Source of the DNA: Verrucomicrobiales bacterium
GTDB taxonomy: Bacteria > Verrucomicrobiota > Verrucomicrobiia > Verrucomicrobiales > V1-33
Assembly: GCA_031411295.1 (NCBI GenBank)
Contig: JANOAV010000060.1
Location: forward strand, 1 to 64,000
Length of the DNA stretch: 64,000 bases
Reading direction: 5' to 3'
In this document: positions 1 to 9,008 of the stretch, one piece after another
Layout: every line of letters begins with the position of its first letter
Position numbering within the stretch: position 1 is the first letter of the stretch
The notes under the pieces: generated by a model
What the model saw: the letters and a program-made list of their open reading frames with translations, nothing else
Databases searched by the model: none
Told to the model about the DNA's origin: nothing
Made by a program: the position numbers and the translations under genes

Positions 1-116
1 ATGAAGCGGTGGCCCGCAAGCAGGCGGTCAAAGCGCAACTGACTCCAGCCCAGCTCAAGGAAGCCGAGAACCTGATGGCCTCCGCCGCCAAGGGTGATCC
101 TGCCAAGAAAAAGTGA
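1..116 (+). CDS. 3' end of a CDS truncated by the window edge, possibly the tail of a Sel1/TPR-repeat protein
   Basis: Frame 3 reads EAVARKQAVKAQLTPAQLKEAENLMASAAKGDPAKKK-stop (TGA 114-116). 'LTPAQLKEA' resembles the terminal helix of Sel1-repeat proteins. Confidence 0.5.
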   Translation, partial: EAVARKQAVKAQLTPAQLKEAENLMASAAKGDPAKKK

Positions 117-273
117 GGCAGTCTGGCCTCGTGGAACATCCGCTGGAGTTCCACTTTTAAGCGGTGCATCACTCCAAGCTCACTCTGCAAAACGGCTCTG
201 CCTGTTCCGCTCCCTGAAGCGCGGGAGTCCAACGCCGCTTCCCCATAAATCCCACGGCTGATTTTTGCACACT

Positions 274-372
274 CAAGTCGGGCTTTGAAAGCCCCACACA
301 CAAGCATGGGTATTGCTTTGCTCAATTTGTTATCCTATCATGATGGTGGGGCTTTCAAAGCCCCACTCCTTG
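274..372. repeat. REP doublet (REPIN-like): two inverted copies of the palindrome GTGGGGCTTT-N-AAAGCCCCAC
   Basis: gtcgggctttgaaagccccac (277-297) and gtggggctttcaaagccccac (346-366) lie in opposite orientation. The second copy carries a GGAG 5' foot on the minus strand. Confidence 0.65.
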
Positions 373-396
373 GGAAGAGGCCCATTTTTTGGCACA

Positions 397-428
397 AGAA
401 ATCCCGGTCAGTGATGACCGGGATTTCT
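397..428 (-). terminator. Intrinsic terminator hairpin downstream of the PEP-CTERM gene, possibly bidirectional
   Basis: Perfect 14-bp stem agaaatcccggtca-gtga-tgaccgggatttct between convergent genes. Confidence 0.75.
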
Positions 429-479
429 GGTTGATTGATTTGAGCCTTCGATGACTCAGGCTGCTTCAGTTATTATAGC

Positions 480-3101
480 TTAAGCGCTGCGGCGGCGGCG
501 GAAGATGAACCCTGCGCCCAATGCCATCAGCAGACTGCTGCTGGCTTCAGGAACCACGGAGATGATGCCTTGAGTATTCAGGAGACTGGTGTCCCAAGTG
601 TAATCTCCGGGTAGTGCTGGGAGGTTCACCGCCCCGAAGCTGCCGACCGTGGTCGTAGCATCGAAGAGGTTCCAATAGACCCCTGGAGAGTAGGAACCGG
701 TTCCACTGAGCGAGGTCACATTGAGGGTGGCACCGCCTTCGGTGAAAGTGCCACTGGTTCCGGTGACCACCAAGAGGTCACTGGCTCCGGGAGTGCCCAC
801 CGCCAAGGCCCCGATCTCCATATTGAAGGCGGAGGAACCGGAAGCAGTTAGGTCTCCGCTGATGGTCAGGGTGCCCAAGGAATTCCCTGGAGCAATAACG
901 CCGTTGCCCATGACCAGCATGCCTTGGTGGGTGCCGATGCCGGTCAGGGTTTTGTTGCTGAGATCTAAACCGCCTGCCAGAGCCGTGCTATCGATGAATG
1001 CGCCGCCTGCGATATCAACCGTTGGGGAGTCACCCAACGCTCCGGCATTTTCCAAACGGAGGGTCCCTTGGATCACTTTGGTTGCTCCGGTATAGAAGTT
1101 GGCGCTGCTCAGGGCCAACACTCCCGTGCCGGTTTTGGAGAGCCCCCCATCGCCCGAGATATCACCTGATAGGGTGAATTTCTTGCCCTGCATCTGCGAG
1201 GTATCCACCGTAAGGGTCGCCCCTGTGTCGATCTCGATCGCCTTGCTTTCAGTGCGGTTCGCGGTGTTATCAATCGCCGCCCCCGTCGTAAGGGTCAATC
1301 CAGCAGGCATGGTGGACAGACCAATCGCGCTGTAGTTACCGGGAGCCAAGGCGGGCACTCCAATGGCAATGCCGATCCCTTTGCCTTCCCAGCCGTCGTG
1401 TGGTCCTTGACCGCCGCCGCCGTCATAGGACATGAATTCGATGTTGTGCGCCCCAGGAGTCAGCGTGACCCCAGCCGATTGGGTTTGGTCATTCCAGTTA
1501 GTGCTTTGCAACACGGACGTGTTGGCATCCACTTTGACCCGAACTTCATCATCGTAATTTTCCCCGAAGGAAACAACGATGTCTGAACCGGTAGTGTTGA
1601 CGATTTGACCCGTGTAAATGAAACGATTGTTATTACCGAACTCTTTGCCGCCCTCATTGGCAAAGACGTTGATACTGGTAATCCCGGTATCAACTCCGCG
1701 GAAGGTAGCACCCGCAGTCGCAGAAGGATCACCCGCCACGGCATTGAAATCACCCACGTGGTTACCGGCATCGCCATTTTTGTTCCATTTCAAAAGACCT
1801 GCAGTGGGTAAAATGGGAGCATCTTGGTAGGGTTGCAGCGTCGCGTTTCCAGAAACTAGCAGCGTATTATTGACCACAGCCGTAGCGATAATGTTGTTCC
1901 CAGTATTATAATCCACCTTAAGCGTGCCGCCTGTAAGCGCCGCGCCACCGGAAGTGGTGATGCTGGCACCTGCTTTGATCTCCTTAACGCCGGGACCGGC
2001 AAAATTGTAGGTGCTGCCGGCACCACTGATGACACCACCTTTGATAACACCAGAAGTCATGGAGGCATTGAATCCGCCCAAGGCCAACTCTCCGCCATTC
2101 ATGTTAATCCGACCGGCAGGAATCGCCCCAGCGGCACCTTGGGTCAGCTTGCCAGAGTTCACCGTGGTGCCCCCCGCGTAGTTGTTGGTGGGGTTCGAGA
2201 AAATTGCATTCTCCGTGGCCACCCCGCTCCGCACTACCTGACCAGGTCCCGTGATCTGGCCCGAAACGATCATGGTGTTGCCGCTGGTGCCATTTTCTGT
2301 CAGCACACTGACGGTCAACGTGTGAGCCGCCGTGGTCCCGATGTTGATGGTTCCGGAGTAGGTTTTGTTAGCGTCGTTTTGGCGGGTCTCGATGATGCCG
2401 TTGTCGATTACGTTGACGTTGCCCGCCATGGTGCGGCCAGCCCCATCCCAAGAGCTATTCTTGGTGTTATTGGACAAGTTAAGGGTCGCGTTAGCCGGCA
2501 GCACGGCACTACCTTCAAAATTGAAATCAGTGCCCGTGGCACCATTGATGACGCCTCCGCCAGTGAAGGTCGTATTTACAAACCAAGTCCCTTGGTTTCC
2601 AGTAAAGGTGACGGCGTTTCCGTTCAGCGCAAATTGATTCACCCCATCCTGATGGCGCCAACCACCGCCCGTAAGATTAATCGTAGCGTTGGCCGTCAGG
2701 GCCACATCCGTAATCCGCACCCAGCTATTGCCCTGGTTTTTAAAGGCTCCGTTCCCATCCGTGCCCGTGCCTGCCAAATTCATGTGCGCAGAAATGTTCC
2801 GGTTATTGTTATCGGCCACCGTTCCACCAGCGATGATTTCAGCTCCGGCATTAATATTGATGCTGCCGGCGCCACCCAAGGTCGCGGTCCCGTCGTTCGC
2901 GATCGGTGTATAGAGTAGGCGATTTCCCGCCGCAGGGGTAATGGAAGTGCCTGGCACGATAAAACCAGCAGCGCTCGGGCTCCAACTAGCCACAGCCGAA
3001 GCGTCTCCGCCGGGCGAGGTGAAATCAGCTGCGAACGCCCCGGATACCAGCAGTGCGGGCACAAAAGCGAAGGCGGATTTGAGGATTTTAGATTGTTTCA
3101 T
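480..3101 (-). CDS. PEP-CTERM surface protein with autotransporter-associated beta-strand repeats and a PA14-like domain
   Basis: Signal peptide (..GAFA). Repeats 'NNYAGGTTVNSGKL' and 'GGLSKTGTGVLALSSANFYTGATKVIQGTL'. PA14-like 'YTGQI..SFGENYDDEVRVKVD..LTPGAHNIEF'. C-terminus VPEASSSLLMALGAGFIFRRRRSA. Confidence 0.9.
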   Translation of the reverse strand: MKQSKILKSAFAFVPALLVSGAFAADFTSPGGDASAVASWSPSAAGFIVPGTSITPAAGNRLLYTPIANDGTATLGGAGSININAGAEIIAGGTVADNNNRNISAHMNLAGTGTDGNGAFKNQGNSWVRITDVALTANATINLTGGGWRHQDGVNQFALNGNAVTFTGNQGTWFVNTTFTGGGVINGATGTDFNFEGSAVLPANATLNLSNNTKNSSWDGAGRTMAGNVNVIDNGIIETRQNDANKTYSGTINIGTTAAHTLTVSVLTENGTSGNTMIVSGQITGPGQVVRSGVATENAIFSNPTNNYAGGTTVNSGKLTQGAAGAIPAGRINMNGGELALGGFNASMTSGVIKGGVISGAGSTYNFAGPGVKEIKAGASITTSGGAALTGGTLKVDYNTGNNIIATAVVNNTLLVSGNATLQPYQDAPILPTAGLLKWNKNGDAGNHVGDFNAVAGDPSATAGATFRGVDTGITSINVFANEGGKEFGNNNRFIYTGQIVNTTGSDIVVSFGENYDDEVRVKVDANTSVLQSTNWNDQTQSAGVTLTPGAHNIEFMSYDGGGGQGPHDGWEGKGIGIAIGVPALAPGNYSAIGLSTMPAGLTLTTGAAIDNTANRTESKAIEIDTGATLTVDTSQMQGKKFTLSGDISGDGGLSKTGTGVLALSSANFYTGATKVIQGTLRLENAGALGDSPTVDIAGGAFIDSTALAGGLDLSNKTLTGIGTHQGMLVMGNGVIAPGNSLGTLTISGDLTASGSSAFNMEIGALAVGTPGASDLLVVTGTSGTFTEGGATLNVTSLSGTGSYSPGVYWNLFDATTTVGSFGAVNLPALPGDYTWDTSLLNTQGIISVVPEASSSLLMALGAGFIFRRRRSA

Positions 3102-3159
3102 AAATGGATTGGACTAGGAGAATTCAGGTGAATCGGGGATTAAATTCGGGATTTCTTGG

Positions 3160-3234
3160 GTGTTTTACACAATTTTGTGGCCACTTGGCAAGAAAAAATT
3201 GAGTTTTGGCACGGAATATTACGATTTTGGCACG
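3160..3234 (-). promoter_or_regulatory. Putative promoter with three phased TGCCAA repeats upstream of the PEP-CTERM gene
   Basis: TTGGCA on the + strand at 3185, 3206 and 3227 (21-bp period). On the minus strand the proximal copy reads TTGCCA-18 bp-TAAAAC. Confidence 0.45.
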
Positions 3235-3346
3235 CACATACGGAAATCGCACCCTAATTTCCGTAATAAGGCGAAAGGGCACCACAGTTAAGCGGTGCCC
3301 TTCCAGACTCGGGTGGACCAAGGTGTGGTCCTGCAATGCTGGCTAA

Positions 3347-4720
3347 TTAGCCCATCATTTTATCGCGTTCCAGTTTCAGGCCCATTTTGCGGTAGAGCGT
3401 GGCGATGGAGACGCCGAGCATGGTGGCGGTCTTCTCGCGCGAGCCTTCGTTGTATTTTAGGGTCTCGCGGATGAAGAATTTTTCCTGCTTCTTAATAAAA
3501 TCATTGAGCTTGGTGCCGATGGGGAGCTGATGTTTCATCTTCTCGTTCTCATCGTCGGAGATTTCCACTTTCTGGGAGATCTTCGGCGGGAGATCCACGG
3601 GGCGAATGCGGTTCTTCTCGGAGAAGGCGCAGGCGCGCTCGATGGCATTTTGCAGTTCGCCCACATTACCCGGCCAACTGTAGCCCATGAGGAGATCCAT
3701 GGCGTATTTGTCCACTTCCTTCATGGGGGTGTTGGTGAGCTTGGCGTAGTTCTTGAGGAAATGATGGGCCAGCAGCGGGATGTCGTCCTTGCGGCTGCGG
3801 AGCGTGGGGATGGTAATCGGAATGACACTGATCCGGTAGTAGAGATCCTCCCGCACTTTGTTCTCCTTGACCAGCTTTTCCATGGGCAGGGAGGAGGTGG
3901 CGATGAATCGGAAATCCATGTTCCGCGGCAGGGCTCCAGCCAGGCGACGATTGTTAATATCCTCCAGGAAGGCGTCCAACTGGGACTGGAGACGCATGGG
4001 GAGGGCATTGATTTCTTCCAACACCACCGTGCCGCCTTGGGCGCGATTGAAAATGGTGTGGGTGCCACCACTGGTGCTGCCGAACAATTCCAACTCGATC
4101 AAGTCTTCGGGAAGAGCGGTGCAGTGCAGGACTTTGAAGGGAGCACTATTGCGTCGGCTAGTGTTGTGAATCGCCCGAGCGACCATTTGTTTGCCGCTGC
4201 CGAACTCGCCTTCCAGCAAGCACGGACTATCGTTGTCGGCAATTTTTTCCACCATGCGGAGGATTTCCTTCATGTGGTTGCTTTCCCCAATCATGTGGGT
4301 GGAGTCACTCATGCGAACCGTGGCTTCCTGAGGGCCCTTCGGGGATGGGGATTCCTGAGGATCCCGCTTCACCACCCGGTTAATCGTGCGTTGGAGGTCG
4401 TCCAGATCGAAAGGTTTGGTTAAGTAGTCGAACGCCCCGAGGCGCATCGCTTCCACCGCGGTCTCCACACTGCCGTAGCCAGTCACCATGACCACTTCTG
4501 TCTTGGGATGACGCACCCGGCAATCCTGAATGATTTGCAGGCCGTTGATGTCGCCAATACGAAGGTCAACGATGAGCAATTCCGGCTTCACTCGCTCCAA
4601 AGCTTCAACGCCTTCGCGTCCAGTTTGATAGAGAAATGCCTCGTGGCCCATCTTCTTTACGAGCTGCCCCATCAATTCGAGGATGGGGGCTTCGTCGTCA
4701 ATAATTACTATTTTCGCCAT
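3347..4720 (-). CDS. NtrC/AtoC-family response regulator (REC, AAA+, Fis-type HTH) with a degenerate sigma54-interaction region
   Basis: Receiver 'IIDDE..LLIVD..GAFDYLTKPF'. Walker A 'GEFGSGKQ', 'REDLYYRISV', 'WPGNVGELQN'. HTH 'TATMLGVSIATLYRKM'. No GAFTGA motif. Confidence 0.9.
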   Translation of the reverse strand: MAKIVIIDDEAPILELMGQLVKKMGHEAFLYQTGREGVEALERVKPELLIVDLRIGDINGLQIIQDCRVRHPKTEVVMVTGYGSVETAVEAMRLGAFDYLTKPFDLDDLQRTINRVVKRDPQESPSPKGPQEATVRMSDSTHMIGESNHMKEILRMVEKIADNDSPCLLEGEFGSGKQMVARAIHNTSRRNSAPFKVLHCTALPEDLIELELFGSTSGGTHTIFNRAQGGTVVLEEINALPMRLQSQLDAFLEDINNRRLAGALPRNMDFRFIATSSLPMEKLVKENKVREDLYYRISVIPITIPTLRSRKDDIPLLAHHFLKNYAKLTNTPMKEVDKYAMDLLMGYSWPGNVGELQNAIERACAFSEKNRIRPVDLPPKISQKVEISDDENEKMKHQLPIGTKLNDFIKKQEKFFIRETLKYNEGSREKTATMLGVSIATLYRKMGLKLERDKMMG

Positions 4721-5197
4721 GTTGTCTAGGGGTTTGGGGTTTTTAGATAGGAAAATTTATTTAGTTAGACCTGATAATAAGGATCAATTAATCGATCTTT
4801 CGTATTTTGGCAACTGATTTTCTCAAATTCGCGATAAAAAATGGTTTGAGCAGAAATGAGAAACAGTTTTGCTGAACTTGCTGAGTTATGAAAATTACAT
4901 TTCATTTTAATTCATATATGTGAAATATCACGATTTAGGTGATATCATTTTCCAGAAATGAGAGTCGCAAAAATCTAGACGCAATACTGCGGATGCGACT
5001 CCCAACGGATAGGAGCCCGCTCGGTGCCACCCGGTTGGTAGCGTTGTAAACCAGCTCTTGTGGCAGAGGTGACTGGAACTGGCCTTGTGAATGGTTCATG
5101 AACGCGGCAGCGACTACAGCGAGTATGGTGCCTGAGCTGATGGTTACTGAAGCTGGCACTTGCAGTGGGAAAGGGCTTGCAGTAATCCCAACTCACT

Positions 5198-6958
5198 ATG
5201 GTGGGAGATTCAATGCGTCGGCGAATTCGGCTCGCGTTCGAGAGAACGCGGCAACGGCTGTTGGCAGAGCGGAATGAGGTCGGAATCTGGCGGGGAAAAT
5301 TAAGCGCGAGCGCCTTGTCCACCGCCACAGCGGTAATTGCGATGAGGGAAACGGCTGGGTTCTCGGGATTGGACTCGATTCGCAAGGGGCAAAAATGGCT
5401 CGCAGCGACCCAATGGGCGTCCGGCGGTTGGGGGGATACCGTGCAGAGTTTGCCAAATCTATCGACCACCCTGCTCTGCTGGTCGGCACTGTCGGGAGAG
5501 GAGGAGGAATTTCCTGAGGCGATTCGCAAGTGCGAGGCATGGATTACAGCGGACACGGGTGGATTGGAGCCCGGCAAAATCGTGGCTGCGCTGCGCGCAC
5601 GGTATGGAAAGGATCAGACCTTCGCTGTCCCGATCTTAATGGCCTGCGCCCTGGGTGGTCGATTGGGGCCGACTCCGGAATGTTGGCGTTGGGTGCCGCA
5701 GCTGCCCTTTCAGTTGGCGGCCTTGCCTCGGGAGTGGTTTGCGGCCCTCAGCTTGCCAGTGGTTAGTTATGCCCTGCCGGCACTCATTGCGATTGGGCAG
5801 GTGCGGCATTTCCATGTTCCAACGGGCTTGGGGAGGTTGCCCCGGAATCTGGTGCGCCAGCGGACGCTCCGATTGTTGGAGGAAATCCAGCCCAAAGGAG
5901 GTGGCTTTCTGGAAGCGACTCCGCTGACAAGTTTCGTGACGATGGCCCTGGCGGGCATGGGTTTGCAGGACCATCCGGTGGCGCTGGCAGGCCTGGAGTT
6001 TCTCCGGAATTCGATGCGGGCAGAGGGGAGTTGGCCGATTGATACAGATCTTGCGACTTGGGGCACCACTCTTTCAGTCAAAGCGCTGGGGCCGGAAATA
6101 CCGGAGCCGGAGCCAATCACAAAGTGGTTATTACAACAGCAATACCACACGGTGCATCCCTACACGAAATCCGCCCCCGGCGGTTGGGCTTGGACAGATC
6201 TTCCGGGTGGAGTGCCAGATGCGGATGATACTTCCGGAGCGCTGATCGCCCTGGCGGATCTGGCCCCGGATACATTGGAAACAAAAGCCGCAGCCCAGGC
6301 CGGAGCACGCTGGCTGTTGGGGTTGCAAAATAGAGATGGCGGCATGCCAACGTTTTGTCGGGGCTGGGGCGCACTACCATTCGACCGCAGCACGCCGGAA
6401 ATCACCGCTCATGCCGTGGCCGCGTGGGCTCGGTGGCCGCACGCGGATGGGCGGTTGGCTGGTGCCCGCTCCCGCGCGATGCGTTATTTAATGAAGGAGC
6501 AATCCCCCGCAGGAACTTGGACTCCCTTGTGGTTCGGAAACCAATGGGCCGCCCGAGACGAGAATTTAGTGTATGGCACGGCCAGCGTTGTGCGCGACTT
6601 ATCAGGCGTGGTGGAAACCTCCCTGCTGGACCAAGCCGTGCAGTGGCTCCTCGGCCAGCAACAATCTCAGGGTGGGTGGGGCGGCGGAACGGGGGCTCCG
6701 GAAACGATCGAAGAAACGGCCCTCGTGCTCACTGCACTGGTCCGCTATGCCCGAAGCTCCGGTCGGGAACGGGACAAGCTCCCCCGGGTGCTGACACGCG
6801 GGTTCGCCCGCTTACTGGATCTGACGCAGGATGGTCACCACTTTCCCGCGAGCCCCATCGGATTGTATTTCGCCCGACTGTGGTATTTTGAAGAACTCTA
6901 CCCCATGATCTGGACTGCCGGAGCGCTGCGGGAAGTCGGGGAAATTTACCTGGCCTGA
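5198..6958 (+). CDS. Squalene-hopene-cyclase-like triterpene cyclase (prenyltransferase/squalene oxidase repeats)
   Basis: Class II cyclase motif 'PDADDTSGA'. QW-type repeats 'TQWASGGWG', 'LQNRDGG', 'EQSPAGTW', 'QQQSQGGWG'. Confidence 0.85.
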   Translation: MVGDSMRRRIRLAFERTRQRLLAERNEVGIWRGKLSASALSTATAVIAMRETAGFSGLDSIRKGQKWLAATQWASGGWGDTVQSLPNLSTTLLCWSALSGEEEEFPEAIRKCEAWITADTGGLEPGKIVAALRARYGKDQTFAVPILMACALGGRLGPTPECWRWVPQLPFQLAALPREWFAALSLPVVSYALPALIAIGQVRHFHVPTGLGRLPRNLVRQRTLRLLEEIQPKGGGFLEATPLTSFVTMALAGMGLQDHPVALAGLEFLRNSMRAEGSWPIDTDLATWGTTLSVKALGPEIPEPEPITKWLLQQQYHTVHPYTKSAPGGWAWTDLPGGVPDADDTSGALIALADLAPDTLETKAAAQAGARWLLGLQNRDGGMPTFCRGWGALPFDRSTPEITAHAVAAWARWPHADGRLAGARSRAMRYLMKEQSPAGTWTPLWFGNQWAARDENLVYGTASVVRDLSGVVETSLLDQAVQWLLGQQQSQGGWGGGTGAPETIEETALVLTALVRYARSSGRERDKLPRVLTRGFARLLDLTQDGHHFPASPIGLYFARLWYFEELYPMIWTAGALREVGEIYLA

Positions 6959-7053
6959 CGCCAACAGATTTTAAATCATGGAAATTTCTCCCGACCTGTG
7001 TATGCTCTGGCTCCTGCCGTCCCTCTCTCACCATCACCCCGTTCCCCAGTCCA

Positions 7054-9003
7054 GTGTCTGATCCTTCCAAACGTTATGATTTGCTTGAAAAGCTAGGCGA
7101 AGGCGGAGCCGGGGCGGTTCACAAAGCTTGGGATAAGCGCTTGCAACGATACGTGGCCATCAAGCGACTGCATCCCATGGAGCAGCGAGAAGGCGAAGGA
7201 GTGGGCACGAATCTTATCAAAGAAGCCGCAGCGTTGTCTTCGCTACAGCACCCGAACATCGTCTCGGTGTATGACTTGGACGAGATTGATGGCGAGCCCT
7301 GCGTGGTGATGGAATTTCTCAATGGAGAAACGCTGGAGCAAACGATGCGTCGGGGCGCGCTGAATCTGACGGATTTCGGGGCGGTGGCGCGGCAGTCGAT
7401 GGAAGGCCTCGTGGCAGCCCACCGATTAGGGGTGCAGCATCGGGACCTGAAGCCGTCGAATTTCATGGTCAACTGGCTGCCCAATGGAGATTTTTTAGTC
7501 AAAATGTTGGACTTCGGGCTGGCGGATTTTAGCTCTCGTCCGCATCAACAAGTGGCGGAGGGAGCCGAGGAGACCTATGGCTCGGTGCACTTCATGGCCC
7601 CGGAACAATTCCTGCGCCACCCCGTGGATGTCCGCACGGATTTGTATTCCCTGGGCTGCGTTTTGTATTACGCCCTGACCGCCAAATACCCCTTCGATGG
7701 GCGCACCATGGAGCAAATCATTGAGGCGCACCTCAAGACCATTCCGACCCCGGTCAACGAAATGCGCGGAGACGCCTCCCAGGGGCTCAGCGAATGGGTG
7801 GCTTGGCTCATGAGTCGAGACCCGCAGCATCGACCCCAATCCGCCGAGGAAGCGCTGGAGATGTTTCTTCAGGTCCAAGCCGGCAAAGTGAAGACGCTGG
7901 GCAAGAGCCGCATGCTGAAGACCCAGCAAGTGGTCAAACCGGTCACCACTACCGTCCGCCCCGGCCCCAGCACCGACCGTCCCGCGCGCACCGGATCAGT
8001 GCCGACCCGTCCCGCCCCCCGAGCCCCCAGCCCTGCGATCATTCCCACGCAAAAGCCCTCCGGAGAAACGAGTTCTGCGCCAGTGGCGATCCTGACCGTC
8101 AAACCAGCAACAAAGAAACTGGGGCTCATCGCAGGGATTTCCCTCGCAGCCGTCGCCTTGGGGGTGGTGGTGGCGCTGATTTTACAGCGGGGCAGCGGTA
8201 AATCCAAGACAACTTCAGTGGAGGCCCCGCCAGTGCCAAACGCCTTCCTCTGGGCCCGCGCGGACATTGGCGTCAAGACGGATAAGGCCAGCCGGGCTGC
8301 CAAATTCGGGGAACCGTTGGACTGGTGGGCGGATTCCGCCCCCGCCGGAGGCGAGAATCCAATTCATTACATCAACACCGCCAGCAAGGAGGCAGAACGG
8401 CTCGCAAGACTTCCAGATTACAAACAAGTCAACCTGAACGGCACCAACTTCCCTGTGGTGAGTTTTAAGGGGCAGAGTTGCCTGCTGCTCGCCACGGAGG
8501 ATTCAGGAAACAAGGACATCGCCAAGTCCACGGCCGAGAATTCCGCCCCCGAGTTGACCTATGGTATCATTTGCCGGGCGGAGCCAACTCCTGGCAAAAT
8601 GGTATTGCTCGCCAACGCCGGCCTCAAGCAGAAAGCCCTATGGGAACTGTATCTGGAAAAGCAAAACGTCTGCCTCGGCAGCCCAGGGAACACCGCGTCG
8701 GTCCCCATCCCTGCGGGCACCCAATTCATGGGGATCCTCATGAGCGTCTCCACCCCCAAGCAGGAAGGCCAACTCGCTGTTAGCTTCAGTAAAAATGAGC
8801 CCGTCAGCAGCCCTCTGATAAAGGAACTTCTGGTCGATGCGAAGGTGGTTAAAGTCCGCTTAGGGGCCGTGGCCAACAGCGTGGCTAATTCCAAGACCTT
8901 TTTCATCGGTGACATCGCAGAAGTGCAGGCTTACCAACGCTGGCTCAGCAACGATGAGCGGCAACTCTTCCACCAATATTTTGTGAAGAAATATTTGCCG
9001 TAG
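7054..9003 (+). CDS. Membrane Ser/Thr protein kinase with a C-terminal LamG-like extracytoplasmic domain
   Basis: GEGGAG, VAIK, HRDLKPSN, DFG and APE motifs, then a Pro-rich linker, a TM helix (LIAGISLAAVALGVVVALIL) and the C-terminal 'FIGDIAEVQAYQRWLS..YFVKKY'. Confidence 0.9.
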   Translation: MSDPSKRYDLLEKLGEGGAGAVHKAWDKRLQRYVAIKRLHPMEQREGEGVGTNLIKEAAALSSLQHPNIVSVYDLDEIDGEPCVVMEFLNGETLEQTMRRGALNLTDFGAVARQSMEGLVAAHRLGVQHRDLKPSNFMVNWLPNGDFLVKMLDFGLADFSSRPHQQVAEGAEETYGSVHFMAPEQFLRHPVDVRTDLYSLGCVLYYALTAKYPFDGRTMEQIIEAHLKTIPTPVNEMRGDASQGLSEWVAWLMSRDPQHRPQSAEEALEMFLQVQAGKVKTLGKSRMLKTQQVVKPVTTTVRPGPSTDRPARTGSVPTRPAPRAPSPAIIPTQKPSGETSSAPVAILTVKPATKKLGLIAGISLAAVALGVVVALILQRGSGKSKTTSVEAPPVPNAFLWARADIGVKTDKASRAAKFGEPLDWWADSAPAGGENPIHYINTASKEAERLARLPDYKQVNLNGTNFPVVSFKGQSCLLLATEDSGNKDIAKSTAENSAPELTYGIICRAEPTPGKMVLLANAGLKQKALWELYLEKQNVCLGSPGNTASVPIPAGTQFMGILMSVSTPKQEGQLAVSFSKNEPVSSPLIKELLVDAKVVKVRLGAVANSVANSKTFFIGDIAEVQAYQRWLSNDERQLFHQYFVKKYLP

Positions 9004-9008
9004 TTGCC

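Noticed and set aside
3204..3240. Sigma54 promoter (TGGCACG)
   Set aside because: The -12 TTGC element is missing at the required spacing, and the motif points away from the PEP-CTERM gene.
4935..5159. 74-aa minus-strand ORF in the regulator/cyclase intergenic region
   Set aside because: No recognisable motif or ribosome-binding site, and it runs into AT-rich promoter DNA.
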